DNA from: Planctomycetota bacterium
GTDB lineage: Bacteria; Planctomycetota; UBA8108; SXIK01
DNA length: 64,000 nucleotides
Direction: 5' to 3'
NCBI GenBank assembly: GCA_965223265.1
Contig: OZ244999.1
Location: 1,312,001-1,376,000, forward strand
Shown: positions 18,905-29,522 of the stretch, one piece after another
Layout of the letters: each line of letters starts with the position of its first letter
Position numbering within the stretch: position 1 is the first letter of the stretch
The notes under the pieces: generated by a model
The model's database searches: none
Seen by the model: only the letters and a program-made list of their open reading frames with translations
What the model was told of the DNA's origin: nothing
Position numbers and translations under genes: made by a program

Positions 18905-18974
18905 TCAGATCTCCCGGTGTTGGCGCATGTAACTCCTACTTCGCTTTGCTCATGAACGCCTAAGAGGCTCGAAT

Positions 18975-19987
18975 TCAAAGCGCATAGACTTCGGTGGCCG
19001 CCTCGCGCTCGATCGCAATCGAGTAGTGGTCGGTGCTGAGAAGAGCACGAAGCGTCGGGGCAGGAACGGGCGCGCTGGGCCAGTCGTAGAGGCGCCGTTC
19101 GATGCGCTCGACATCCTTGGCAAGCAGGGCGCGACTTGCACGCCCGCCGCGCCCGTGCTCGGCCGGTGGTGAGAACGTCGCTCCGGTGAGGATGGAAGTG
19201 GGAACATCGAGTAAGCAGCGGACGCGCTCCAGCGAATGGTAGTCGAGGTGAGCCCAGCGGAAGTCGTCGAACGCAGCCGGCCGGCCGACGCGAACACTCT
19301 CCGGCCACAAGAGTACCACCGGGCCCGTCTCGACGCGAAACTCGTCGGTCTCGAGGTTGAAGTCGACCCACTTCACTGGGTATTCGACAGTGACGTCGAC
19401 GGCTCTCTCGCTGTCTGTGAACACGGTTCGCGCCACAAGCGGTCGCCATGTCTCAACCGCGCGGCGCACGTCGCCACCCGAGGCGAGTCGGGTGGCAGGT
19501 GAACGCTCCACGTGCCAGCTGCTCGCGCCAAACTCGTCGACCGTCAATGTCGTCGGGTTGTTGAAGTAGGACGAAGTGTGTGTGCGACGAGTGTAGATGT
19601 GTTCCTTGGAAAAGATAATCCAGTAGTCATAGCCCGGTGCTTGGCCGCGATCACTCGAGTCCGGCTTGAGTCCTGTCTTGGCGACAACGCCAAGCACGTA
19701 TTCGTCGGTCGTCCCACTCTCGCGGTCGCGAGCGACGCAATGGCACTCGATCTGTGGACGCACGTGAATCTTTGTTCCGCTCGGGCGGCAGTAGAGAAAA
19801 GAGCGCGAGAAATCGATCGCGGTCGACCCGTTGCTCGGCGCGTCGCTTGAACCTGACTCGTTCCGTGCTGCAGGCCTGCTCTTGCACCCGCTCGCGGCGA
19901 CGAGCGGCATCGCCGAGCAGACGGAGAGGAAGTCCGCCGTGTCACCGCGTTGCTGGGCGCTGCTAGGATGTCCGCTGCCTCGCTCAT
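18975..19987 (-). CDS. Hypothetical exported protein; Tat signal separated from the body by a 1-nt frameshift near 19934
   Basis: Body is ORF 18975-19910. ATG 19987 follows the upstream stop by 5 nt and reads ...VTRR; one added base gives TRRDFLSVCSAMPLVAASGC. Confidence 0.65.
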
Positions 19988-19992
19988 GGGAT

Positions 19993-22449
19993 TCACTCCG
20001 GTGGTTTGCGCTCGAGTTTTAGGATGCGACCGCGAGCATACCCATGTCTGATGAAGGAGCGCTCGACGAGAATCGTGCCCTGTGTGCTCATGACAAAAAG
20101 GTCTTGGTCGCCGTCGCGGTTCAAGTCGACGACCAGCACGCGTGTTTCTTTGATCGGCGGCAGCTTCAATGGTTTCTCCTCGCTGAACGCCGCACCCTTT
20201 TCGGTGCTTTCGTTGAGAAAAACGCTGACGCGATGGCTCGCAGTGCCGGCGATGACGTCGACACGACCGTCTCCATCCCAGTCAGCGGCATCGACGAGCA
20301 ATCGGAATCCCATGTCACCAACCAGAATCGGCGCAGCGAAGCGCGGCTCCGCCGCCGGACCGACGTTGCGGAAGTACCGTATCTTCCCGTACGTGTCGCC
20401 GACGACGAGATCGATCCGCCCGTCGCGATCAAAATCGGCGGTGGCAAGCACCGTACGAGCTCCCTGCAAAGCGACGAAGTCGTTCTCGGTGTCGCCATCG
20501 ATCGGACCGACTTTGATGGGGCCGGCGCCAGCGACCTCAAGGCGGCGTCCCTCGACGTCGAAGCGAGACGTTCCATTGTCGCTCAGGTTGCGGTGGAACC
20601 AGACGTTGCCATGCCAATCACCGAAGAGGACGTCAGGGTGTCCATCAACATCGAGATCGCTCAGGTAAGGAAAAAAGTGGCCGTCCCCCGTCGCCACGGG
20701 ATGGTCGATGTGGACACCCGGCGGTAGCACGTTGACAGTTTTCTCGAAGCGGTACGGCGTGCCGGCGCCTGAGTTCAGTCGCACCTTGTAGCCGGAGATG
20801 AGATCGGGCAGACCATCGTCATTCCAATCGAAGAATTGCCGGCCGCTCAACCGCGCGCTTCCCCAAGCGGTGGGGAGAGCGTCATCATGCAGGCGAAAGC
20901 GTGGGGATCCACGCGTGCCGACGTTCTCGAACAGGAAGATGTTGCCACCCGAGCTGACCACGAGATCGAGGAGGCCGTCGCCGTTCCAATCGCTTGCGCG
21001 CGGTACCGGCAGACGAAACGTACGCGTCGGGCCGGTGTAAGGCAACGGGCGTTCAGCGAGCTCGGGCATTGCTCGTGTGCCGCGGTTCTCGTAGTAACGC
21101 AGGAACGAGGGATCTTTTTTCTCTTCAGGGAGCCACGTGTAGGAGCCGCTGATGAGGTCGAGGTCGCCGTCGTCGTCGAAATCGGCGATGCATGGCGAGG
21201 CGCACCAGTCGCGGACGTTGATCGGAGCGCCGTCCGACTCGATCGGTCCGCGCAAGGTGAGAGCGAGAGGCCCCGCGCCGTCGGAGGTGTCCTCGAAGAA
21301 GTAGATGCGCCCAGTGACATAACCGCCGGCGATCAGATCGGTGTTGCCATCGCTGTTCCAGTCGACGGCGGACATGACCGGATAGTAGTCATGATTGAAA
21401 ACGCCCTCCGGTTTCGCTGCGACCGGACGGAAGGGGAGCGCTAAAAACTCTCCGTCGGCTGTCCTGAGGAACCCCTCGTAGGTGAAGCGGCGCTCACGAT
21501 TTGAGCCGACGTTCTTCAAGAGCGCGACGCGGTTTTGGTACGTGCCGACGAGTAGATCCTTAGCGCCGTCGCGGTCCCAATCGATGACAGCCACCGAGGC
21601 GTGAATGCCGAGGTCGATTGGTTGACCCGCAACATCGAAGAGCATTTTCGTGTGCTCGAACGAAGGCGCGGTCGCCGTACCGCTGTTCGGCATGACAAAG
21701 AGCTGGCCGTACTGCTCGCCGTAGACGACGTCAACGAGACCATCGCCGTTCCAATCGTCCAAGTCGACGATAGTGTTGTCCGATCCCGTCGTTGAATCGC
21801 CGAGACGATCGCGACGAGGGAGGCCGTCGCCGAGCCAGCCGCGCGGGGGAGCCTCTCGCGGCACAGCATCCTTTGCGAGCGCATCGAAGTAGACCGCGTA
21901 GAGCGATGGCTCGCCACCGTCCTGTGTGTGAACGAACGCGAGGTGGCCGCCGCGCCACTCGCCGAGTGCATTGTACATGTAGCCGGCACGCGGGCTGATC
22001 GTCCGTTTGATCTTGCCTTCAGAATAGCTGAGGGGGGCGAAGACCTCGGGAAAGTTGTACGGGATGGCGCGATCGTACCAGCAAAACGGGCGGTCGAAAG
22101 CACTCCGCGCGTGGTCGTAGTTGGCGTACTCCAGCGGCTCACCGCTCGACGCATCGAGGCGCATCACCTGGAGAGAGGTGATGTCGGCGCGAGCGGTGCT
22201 GACGATGCGATCGGCAGCGTTGCCTCCGCCAAGCAGTGCTGCGACGTCCACCTCCACGTCCGCCGGTAACTCATCCCGCGACCGAGTGCCAAGATCAACA
22301 GGCTCCACCTCGATGAGAATGCGAAACGCGCCTTGGCCGGTCCAACGCGGCGAGGCCTCGGCCGTTGTCCATAGGTGAAGGGCGATGACGCCGGCGAACA
22401 GATAGGCGCCGACGCACCGAGGCGAGACGATCGCCGTTGGCTTGACCAT
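19993..22449 (-). CDS. FG-GAP/VCBS repeat secreted protein
   Basis: Many DWNGDGxxD repeats (DWNGDGLVD, DWDRDGAKD, DFDDDGDLD, DFDRDGRID); signal peptide from ATG 22449. Confidence 0.9.
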   Translation of the reverse strand: MVKPTAIVSPRCVGAYLFAGVIALHLWTTAEASPRWTGQGAFRILIEVEPVDLGTRSRDELPADVEVDVAALLGGGNAADRIVSTARADITSLQVMRLDASSGEPLEYANYDHARSAFDRPFCWYDRAIPYNFPEVFAPLSYSEGKIKRTISPRAGYMYNALGEWRGGHLAFVHTQDGGEPSLYAVYFDALAKDAVPREAPPRGWLGDGLPRRDRLGDSTTGSDNTIVDLDDWNGDGLVDVVYGEQYGQLFVMPNSGTATAPSFEHTKMLFDVAGQPIDLGIHASVAVIDWDRDGAKDLLVGTYQNRVALLKNVGSNRERRFTYEGFLRTADGEFLALPFRPVAAKPEGVFNHDYYPVMSAVDWNSDGNTDLIAGGYVTGRIYFFEDTSDGAGPLALTLRGPIESDGAPINVRDWCASPCIADFDDDGDLDLISGSYTWLPEEKKDPSFLRYYENRGTRAMPELAERPLPYTGPTRTFRLPVPRASDWNGDGLLDLVVSSGGNIFLFENVGTRGSPRFRLHDDALPTAWGSARLSGRQFFDWNDDGLPDLISGYKVRLNSGAGTPYRFEKTVNVLPPGVHIDHPVATGDGHFFPYLSDLDVDGHPDVLFGDWHGNVWFHRNLSDNGTSRFDVEGRRLEVAGAGPIKVGPIDGDTENDFVALQGARTVLATADFDRDGRIDLVVGDTYGKIRYFRNVGPAAEPRFAAPILVGDMGFRLLVDAADWDGDGRVDVIAGTASHRVSVFLNESTEKGAAFSEEKPLKLPPIKETRVLVVDLNRDGDQDLFVMSTQGTILVERSFIRHGYARGRILKLERKPPE

Positions 22450-22462
22450 ACATTTTGTACGT

Positions 22463-23707
22463 CTAACGGAGAATAACACGAGCTGCCTGAATGACGCCTT
22501 CTTGCTTAGTGGCGGAGATCTCAAGGCTCGTCCAGAGGACGACGAGCGTGCTGTCTGCGAGCTGCGTCACTGACGGGTAGCAGACGCTTCGCAGCCAGGT
22601 CGATTCGCCAGCGTTAGGTGGCTCGACGGCTGCCAGGTTTAAGGGCGTGCCCCAGCTGCGGCCCCCATCGAGCGACACTCGCATCGTTAGAGGGGTGCGA
22701 TGCGGCGGCTTGCACGGGTTGTGGGTGAGGAGCAAATGTCCGGCGCTTGTGGTCTTCAGGCTGTGTGACGAGGATGTTGCGGTCAGGCCTGTGTTCTCCG
22801 CCTTTGACCAGGAGCGTCCGGCATCCGTTGAGCGCGCGGTCCAGAGAAAGCCGTCGCGGGTGCGCACAACCATCAGCAGTTTCCCGCGCGCGAGCTCTGC
22901 CACGGACGGCTCCTGCGCACCGATCTTTCCGGGCGGCAAGATGTTCCCGAAGCGTTCCCAGCTGGCGCCGCCATCGCTTGAAATCAGCACGGCGGCAGCG
23001 GTCGTCGAGAAGTGATAGACCGGGAGGACGAGCTCACCGGTCGACAGGCGGATGCCGTTGGAGCGGCAGCCCCAGCTGACCTCGTCGCGCAGTCGGCGCG
23101 CATTCGACCAGTTCTTACCGCTGTTGTCGCTCCATCGTCCGTAGAGTTTGAAGGAGGCGACTCCGACTTCTTCTTTTTCGACCTTGCCCGGACCGACGAA
23201 AGGGTATCGGTCCCAACGACCCACCGTGTAGAAGAACCACGTCCGCTTGCCGTCGGCGATGAAGGCAGGATCGAAGTCGGAGCGTCGCGGTGCATCGTGC
23301 AGGACGGTCGCGGGTGCCCACGTCTCGCCGCCGTCGTCGGATGTGGAACTCAAGATGACTTGGTGAACCGATGCCTCGAAGGGGCCGGAGAACCATGCCG
23401 CAAGGAGGCGTCCACTTGGCAGAGCGACGACGCTCGGTGCGTGGTTGAAGCCGTAGAGGTTTTGGCGGTCATACGGATCAGTCCTCGCATAGGTGAAAAC
23501 GGTAGAACGCGAGTGAATCTCGAGAGTCGGAGAGCTCTCGAGTCCAGTCATGCCGCAGGCGAAAACGACGATCACGTGTGCAAACGCCCTGCGCCGCTGG
23601 ATCGGCAGCTTCTTAGGTGTCACGAGTGTAGACTCCCGATTCGTTCTTGCCGTCGTAGTCGGAACAGAACACGCGGCGAAGGTGCGTCCATAGAAACTCG
23701 CCCGCAT
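22463..23707 (-). CDS. Exo-alpha-sialidase-like BNR repeat protein
   Basis: HAPSVVALPSGRLLAAWFSG; Asp boxes SDDGGETW, SDNSGKNW, SSDGGASW, STDAGRSW, SLDGGRSW; QEPS; YPSV. Exact start uncertain. Confidence 0.88.
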   Translation of the reverse strand: MRASFYGRTFAACSVPTTTARTNRESTLVTPKKLPIQRRRAFAHVIVVFACGMTGLESSPTLEIHSRSTVFTYARTDPYDRQNLYGFNHAPSVVALPSGRLLAAWFSGPFEASVHQVILSSTSDDGGETWAPATVLHDAPRRSDFDPAFIADGKRTWFFYTVGRWDRYPFVGPGKVEKEEVGVASFKLYGRWSDNSGKNWSNARRLRDEVSWGCRSNGIRLSTGELVLPVYHFSTTAAAVLISSDGGASWERFGNILPPGKIGAQEPSVAELARGKLLMVVRTRDGFLWTARSTDAGRSWSKAENTGLTATSSSHSLKTTSAGHLLLTHNPCKPPHRTPLTMRVSLDGGRSWGTPLNLAAVEPPNAGESTWLRSVCYPSVTQLADSTLVVLWTSLEISATKQEGVIQAARVILR

Positions 23708-23917
23708 GGTTCACTTGAGCGCGAGCGCCGACCCAATGCAAGAGTCTTAGGGCGCAAAGTGAAGTGCTGCGCTTCTTTCATGACTCAGGATCTCTCTTTC
23801 TCTCATGCGCCTGGACGGACGACGAGCTGAAAAGATGGATCGAGGCAATCCTGCGGCGCTGTGCGCGCCGTGTGCCTGTTACCTTGAAGCTCGAGTTGGC
23901 GGCGGTAGGTGTCTATC

Positions 23918-23942
23918 GTGGCAGGCACACTCCGTGTGCCGT
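23918..23942 (+). repeat. REP-like palindrome GTGGCAGGCACACTCCGTGTGCCGT (copy 1)
   Basis: Stem GGCACAC-TCC-GTGTGCC; a variant occurs at 30113. Confidence 0.7.
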
Positions 23943-24109
23943 TCTGGAGGTGACCGTGAACCGTGACCGTGAGTTTCGACGGCACGTTTCGAAAAACTCG
24001 CAGCCTCGCCGTGTGCACGCCGCGTGCGCCGATCCCATTTTGGACTAAGGCGATGTATGGTCTACACTGTCGGGCGTCGGTAGCATCTCGACTTTGGAAT
24101 GAGAGAAGA

Positions 24110-25639
24110 ATGCCCATGGTGCACCTCACGAAGCAGCACGTTACCTTCATCGCCTGTCTCGTTCTCCTCAGCAGCTCTGTGTACGGGCAGGCGGCACCGG
24201 AGGGTCCGATCGAGATCGGTTCACGTCGGGAGCTATTTCTCGATGATCTTTTGATCGCTTCGCTTGCCGGCGACGCACGACGCAGATTGCACGAGCCGGT
24301 GCGCCGCGAGATCGCGGTAGTGCACGACGAACCATGGGAGGGCAATGGCGGCAACTACCACACCGTGTTTTACGATCCGGACTATCGCGGCGGCGTCTAT
24401 CGCATGTACTACCATGCTTGGCAGATCGGCGTCGGTGACATTCCGCAAGGTCCCCTGACGATTGGCTATTGCGAGAGCGAAGACGGGGTGCGATGGACCA
24501 AGCCCAAATTGGGTCTTTTCGAGTTCGCCGGCTCGAAGGAGAACAACATTGTGCTGGGAACGATCAACGGCAAGGAGTGCCACGATCTTTCCGTCTTCAA
24601 GGACCTCAACCCACGGGCCACGAAGGACGCAAAATACAAAGCCGTCGGTTATGGGCGAAATCCTTCCGGACTCTACGCGTTCAAGTCGCCGGACGGTATT
24701 CGCTGGACGGCCTACAACGCGTCGCAGCCGGTGATGACGGGGCACCCTTTCGACACGCAGAACATCGCCTTCTGGGATCCGACGATCGAAAGGTATCGCG
24801 CCTACATTCGAGATTTTGACAACGGGCGGCGAGACATTATGACGGCCACGTCGACGGATTTCATCCAGTGGACAAAGCGCGAGTGGCTCGAGTATCCGAA
24901 CGCTCCAAAAGAGCAGCTGTACACCAACCAGATCAAACCGTACTACCGCGCGCCTCATATACTGATTGGATTCCCGGCACGCTATGTCGACCGAGGCTGG
25001 CTCGACGCCACCCGGGCGTTGCCGTCCCTTGATCAGCGCATCGAGCGCGGCAAGATGAGCAAGAGATACGGCACAGCGGTGACCGATGGACTGCTCATGA
25101 GCAGCCGCGATGGCCGGACGTTTCGGCGTGCCGAGCGCGCCTTCCTCCGGCCAGGGCTACGGACGCAGCACAACTGGGCCTACGGGGACAACTACATAGC
25201 GTGGCATATCGTCGAGACGGACTCAGTCGAGGATGACTCGCCGCGTGAGCTGTCACTCTACGCCACCGAGAGCTATTTCACCGGTAGGATGTCACGACTC
25301 CGGCGCTATACCTTGCGGATCGATGGTTTCGCGTCGATTCACGCGCCGCTTCGCGGCGGCGAGCTGTTAACGAAACCGCTCGTGTTTGAGGGCAAGTCCC
25401 TCAGCGTCAACTGCGCAACCTCCGCGGCGGGGTCGCTGCGAGTTGAGGTTCAAGGTGTGAACGGGCGGCCGATTCCAGGATTCGCTCTCGACGACTGTGA
25501 GCTCGTGTTTGGCGACTCGCTCGATTACCGTGTGCGCTGGCAGGATCAGTCGGACCTCAGCAAACTGAGCGGCAAAGCCGTGCGGCTTCGTTTCGTGCTT
25601 CACGACTCGGATCTCTACTCGCTGCGCTTCGTACCGTAG
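24110..25639 (+). CDS. GH32/GH43-like five-bladed beta-propeller secreted protein
   Basis: IGSRRELFLDD, WEGN, YRMYY, SEDGVRWTKPKLG, FDTQNIAFWD, QLYTN, LRRYTLRIDGF, GKAVRLRFVLHDSDLYS. Confidence 0.82.
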   Translation: MPMVHLTKQHVTFIACLVLLSSSVYGQAAPEGPIEIGSRRELFLDDLLIASLAGDARRRLHEPVRREIAVVHDEPWEGNGGNYHTVFYDPDYRGGVYRMYYHAWQIGVGDIPQGPLTIGYCESEDGVRWTKPKLGLFEFAGSKENNIVLGTINGKECHDLSVFKDLNPRATKDAKYKAVGYGRNPSGLYAFKSPDGIRWTAYNASQPVMTGHPFDTQNIAFWDPTIERYRAYIRDFDNGRRDIMTATSTDFIQWTKREWLEYPNAPKEQLYTNQIKPYYRAPHILIGFPARYVDRGWLDATRALPSLDQRIERGKMSKRYGTAVTDGLLMSSRDGRTFRRAERAFLRPGLRTQHNWAYGDNYIAWHIVETDSVEDDSPRELSLYATESYFTGRMSRLRRYTLRIDGFASIHAPLRGGELLTKPLVFEGKSLSVNCATSAAGSLRVEVQGVNGRPIPGFALDDCELVFGDSLDYRVRWQDQSDLSKLSGKAVRLRFVLHDSDLYSLRFVP

Positions 25640-25770
25640 AGTAGCTGACCACTCGCATGAGCCACAGCTCGTCGAGCAAGACCTCCACAGACCGCGCGAT
25701 CTTGAACGGGTCGCCGCATGAGTGGTAGCATTCGTTCAGCTTTTTTTTGTCAGCGAGCGCGGGTTTTCAG

Positions 25771-27159
25771 ATGCTCCGAATCTTCGATAGCACGAGCTCA
25801 AGGCGCGACTTCCTCACCATCGGTAGTCTCGCTCTCGGCGGCTACTCTCTGCAGCAGTTACTCGCGATGCGCGCAATGGCAGCATCGTCGTCCGAGCTGG
25901 TGCGGGACAAGTCAGTCATCTTCCTCTTTCTCCATGGCGGTCCGCCGCAGACGGAGACCTTCGATCCCAAGATGACCGCGCCCAAAGGCGTGCAGAGCGT
26001 CACGGGAGAAGTGAAGACCGCGATCCCGGGGGTCACGTTTGGCGCGACGCTTGAGAAGCTCGCGCGGTTGGCCGACAAGTTCTCGGTCGTGCGCTCCTTC
26101 CAAACCGGCGACAACCGACACGACATCAAGCCGATTGTCGGCAGGAACACCTTCGGTGCTAATCTCGGCACCGTTTACTCCCGCGTCGTTGGCACGAACG
26201 ATCGCGCCACGGGAATTCCCACCAACGTAGCTCTCTACCCGCGTGCAGTTGATCCGAGCACGCAGGCGGCCACGTTCACGTTTGGTAACTTCGGCGATAC
26301 GGGTCCGTTCGGTAGCGGGTTCGCGCCGTTCGTCCCGGGCAAGGGAGGCGAATTGCAGGAAGATCTGCGCCTCAATTTGGAGCGCGATCGTTTTGGCGAT
26401 CGCCGGACCCTCCTGCGCAAGCTCGACCGCATGCGACGCGAGCTCGAACGAACCGCTGCGGCGCGGGGGATCGATCGTTTTCGCGAGCAGGCCTTCGATA
26501 CGATTCTCGGGGGCGCCGGCGATGTGTTCGACCTCTCTAGCGAGGATCCTCGCGTTGTGGAGCGCTACGACACGAGTCGGCTGGTGCGGCCCGAAAGCAT
26601 CAGCAAGCGATGGAACAACCACAAGAACTATGCCGACAATGCGAAGACGCTCGGCAAGCTTCTCCTTCTGGCTCGACGCCTCTGTGAGGCAGGATGCGGG
26701 TTTGTGACGGTGACAACGAACTTCGTTTGGGATATGCATGCGGACGTGAACAACGCGACGGTCGAAGAGGGCATGCGCTACATGGGTGTTCCGTTCGATC
26801 ACGCGGTGTCGGCGTTCATCGAAGACGTTGAAGCGCGCGGCCTTCGCGACAAGATTCTCCTCGTCGCGTGCGGTGAGATGGGGCGCACGCCCAGAATCAA
26901 CAGGAACGGCGGCCGCGACCATTGGGGCGGTTTGGCGCCGCTATTTCTCTACGGCGGCGGGTTGAAGATGGGACAGGTCATCGGCCAGTCGACCCGCGAT
27001 GCGGGCGAGCCGTTGTCAACGCCCATCACGATCGAGAATCTCATTGCGACGATCCTGCACACCCAGTTCAACGTCGGCGAGCTGCGCATCCAGCAGGGGC
27101 TGCCGCTGGAGATCACGCGGCAACTGACGGCAGGGAGCCCGATTCCAGGGCTGGTGTAG
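25771..27159 (+). CDS. DUF1501 domain protein with Tat signal
   Basis: SRRDFL; FLFLHGGPPQTETFDPK; WDMH; GEMGRTP; GRDHW. Confidence 0.93.
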   Translation: MLRIFDSTSSRRDFLTIGSLALGGYSLQQLLAMRAMAASSSELVRDKSVIFLFLHGGPPQTETFDPKMTAPKGVQSVTGEVKTAIPGVTFGATLEKLARLADKFSVVRSFQTGDNRHDIKPIVGRNTFGANLGTVYSRVVGTNDRATGIPTNVALYPRAVDPSTQAATFTFGNFGDTGPFGSGFAPFVPGKGGELQEDLRLNLERDRFGDRRTLLRKLDRMRRELERTAAARGIDRFREQAFDTILGGAGDVFDLSSEDPRVVERYDTSRLVRPESISKRWNNHKNYADNAKTLGKLLLLARRLCEAGCGFVTVTTNFVWDMHADVNNATVEEGMRYMGVPFDHAVSAFIEDVEARGLRDKILLVACGEMGRTPRINRNGGRDHWGGLAPLFLYGGGLKMGQVIGQSTRDAGEPLSTPITIENLIATILHTQFNVGELRIQQGLPLEITRQLTAGSPIPGLV

Positions 27160-27269
27160 CGCGGCAAGCTGGCGCCAACACGATCGAGCTGTGTCGTTGT
27201 CCTATGTGGTCGCATTTTCGTCAGAGCGCTTGGGCCATCGGTGTCTCTTCTGCGTGGTCAGGAAACCCG

Positions 27270-27806
27270 TTATTTCGTTTCTGGACCGGTTGGCACCACT
27301 GACTGCAGCTTTCGGCGCCTCTTCCAAGTGTGAACTGCGAGGAGCATTCCGCTGACGAGCGCGGTCAGATAACTCGCCAAATGTGCCCACAAATCAGCCA
27401 GGAACAAGGGGTGCTTTGCTTGGGGAACCGCGGATGCGAGCGGTTCAAGGAGAAAGACCTTGCCTGCCTTGGCAAGTCCGAGGCCGACCAGGCCTCCGAG
27501 AAGAGCGCACGTTGCCGTGACAACGAAGACAAGCGTAATTCCTCGATACAGCGATCGTATGGAAAGCTTTGGACGTCTACCGGCACGAGCAGTCGCAGCG
27601 AGGATGACACCGAGAATCAGGCCGAACCACCAGGTCGCGATGACTCCCCAGCCGAGTGCCAACAGCGTCGGGGACTGGGTCTCGAAAACCTGCGGATGTC
27701 CGACGGTGAAATACTCGAGGCAAACTCTGACCGTAATCTGGTCGAGTACGATCCCGTAGAGGACTGTCGCCGCGATGGACAGAACGATGATCGTGAGGGA
27801 TTGCAT
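27270..27806 (-). CDS. Hypothetical integral membrane protein (about 4 TM)
   Basis: AAGGA RBS and ATG 27806; YGIVLDQITVRVCLEYFTVGH, LGWGVIATWW, LWAHLASY. Confidence 0.8.
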   Translation of the reverse strand: MQSLTIIVLSIAATVLYGIVLDQITVRVCLEYFTVGHPQVFETQSPTLLALGWGVIATWWFGLILGVILAATARAGRRPKLSIRSLYRGITLVFVVTATCALLGGLVGLGLAKAGKVFLLEPLASAVPQAKHPLFLADLWAHLASYLTALVSGMLLAVHTWKRRRKLQSVVPTGPETK

Positions 27807-28057
27807 GGCCTGAGTCCTTGTTGAACGCAGCGAGGATGACACCGAGAATCAGGCCGAACCACCAGGTCGCGATGACTCCCCAGCCGAGTGCCAACAGCGT
27901 CGGGGACTGGGTCTCGAAAACCTGCGGATGTCCGACGGTGAAATACTCGAGGCAAACTCTGACCGTAATCTGGTCGAGTACGATCCCGTAGAGGACTGTC
28001 GCCGCGATGGACAGAACGATGATCGTGAGGGATTGCATGGCCTGAGTCCTTGTTGAA
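27594..28057. repeat. Exact 232-bp tandem duplication (27594-27825 and 27826-28057)
   Basis: The copies were compared base by base and no mismatch was seen; the unit covers the RBS and 5' part of the membrane protein gene. Confidence 0.97.
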
Positions 28058-28099
28058 AGACACACGAAGGAATCGATGCAGAGGTAGACGTGGCACCTC

Positions 28100-28696
28100 T
28101 TACAGCGCGCGGCGGATCGTGAAAGCGCCGCGAGCCATAGCAGAGGTCAGCGGCACCAATGAGAGCGCCACGACCCACGTAAGCGTGCCCGGCAGGAGGT
28201 AGAGTTCGAACGGAATCGCCAGGTAGACGAAAAATCTGGGTCGAACGACGAACCGATACGGAACGCCGAGAGCATTGCCGACCATAGCGAAGATGACCAC
28301 GACGGTATAGATAAAGACGTAGAGCGTCGCGGCAGCGGGATGAAGCAGGCCGAAGAGGGCAAGGGCGGTGGCCGAGGCGGCGACGACGATTTGGTCGCAA
28401 AGCGTGTCGGTAAAAGAACCGCGCCGACCCGCCGTGCCACGGAAGCGGGCGAGTGCGCCGTCCAGTCCGTCGAGAACCACGTGCAGCGCTAGCGCAACCA
28501 GCGCTGCAGGTGGCCAGACGAAGAGGAGCGGGCAGAATGCGAGCCCCGCGACGAGCGCGGTGAGTGTGACGGCGTCCGCTGTGACGTGCCAACGCTTGAG
28601 CGCAGCCAAGACTGGGTGCAGGATCTCCGCGCGTAGTCGCTGCGACCACAGCATCATGTGGCGGTCTTTCGAAGAATAACAGTCGATGCTGTTCAT
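28100..28696 (-). CDS. CDP-alcohol phosphatidyltransferase family protein
   Basis: TADAVT and signature DGLDGALAR...GSFTDTLCD (DxxDGxxAR...GxxxDxxxD). Confidence 0.92.
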   Translation of the reverse strand: MNSIDCYSSKDRHMMLWSQRLRAEILHPVLAALKRWHVTADAVTLTALVAGLAFCPLLFVWPPAALVALALHVVLDGLDGALARFRGTAGRRGSFTDTLCDQIVVAASATALALFGLLHPAAATLYVFIYTVVVIFAMVGNALGVPYRFVVRPRFFVYLAIPFELYLLPGTLTWVVALSLVPLTSAMARGAFTIRRAL

Positions 28697-28721
28697 GACG
28701 ATTTCGTTCCTACAACTCTTT

Positions 28722-29519
28722 CTACAGCAAAGTCTTCGTACTGCTGCGCTTACAACGCGATCGCGCGGCGACCGAGTGATTGGTCAACATGATCGGCTCG
28801 AAGCGGATGCCCTGAACCGCGGCGCCGCTGTTGTGAATCGTGAGATCTCCAATGTGTGCATCCGAAAACGGGCGATGCGTGTGACCGATGCAGAGCCTCC
28901 GGACTCCCCTCCACAGATTCTCATCGAGCGCTTTCAGACTCGTGCTAACGATTTGGGCGCACCGTTGTTTGTTGTAAGCGAGGCTGACGAGCCGCGGAAT
29001 CCCGAACTCTGACGCGAAACCGTAGAGCTGCCCTTCGAAGCGACTCCGACATCGCACGAGCGGGACGAGAGGTCGTGAGCGGAGAGGGAACGGCCGCAGG
29101 AGGAGGTCGCCATGAGTGAAGAGTACATCACCGAGGCGATAGTAGTCCGGTGAGCAGTGTAGGTTGCGGTTCTTGGCGGTCAGCTCGTCGCATCGCTCGG
29201 CCCAGGGGAGGATTCCGTCGTGATTACCGAGAATGTAGGTGAGGTCACAGCCTTCTTGCTCGCACGTCGTCGCGAGGGACTCCAACCATTCAGTCGCGGC
29301 GGCGAGAGTTCGGTCGAATGACCCGAGCGTTGACCAGTGAAAGTCGAAGATGTCACCGTTGAGCACCAGAAGGTCACTCTTTTGCGCCGCCGCGAGGATG
29401 TCGTCGTGGTAAGACTTCGCACGACTGCGCGCCGCGAACAGGTGCAGATCGGAGACCACGGTGATCTTTCGGGTTCGATGCGCCTGTGGCGCCAGCGTTC
29501 GACGGAACTCAAGTTGCAT
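28722..29519 (-). CDS. Calcineurin-like metallophosphoesterase (LpxH-like)
   Basis: SDLHL, NGDIFD, GNHD, HGD, GHTH, NSG. Confidence 0.9.
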   Translation of the reverse strand: MQLEFRRTLAPQAHRTRKITVVSDLHLFAARSRAKSYHDDILAAAQKSDLLVLNGDIFDFHWSTLGSFDRTLAAATEWLESLATTCEQEGCDLTYILGNHDGILPWAERCDELTAKNRNLHCSPDYYRLGDVLFTHGDLLLRPFPLRSRPLVPLVRCRSRFEGQLYGFASEFGIPRLVSLAYNKQRCAQIVSTSLKALDENLWRGVRRLCIGHTHRPFSDAHIGDLTIHNSGAAVQGIRFEPIMLTNHSVAARSRCKRSSTKTLL

Positions 29520-29522
29520 CGT

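Noticed and set aside
25735-25750. T8 run as an intrinsic terminator or phase-variable tract
   Set aside because: No convincing GC stem immediately upstream, and it lies before the probable start codon at 25771.
27577-28065. Second full copy of the membrane protein gene
   Set aside because: Only the first 71 or so codons are duplicated before the frame shifts.
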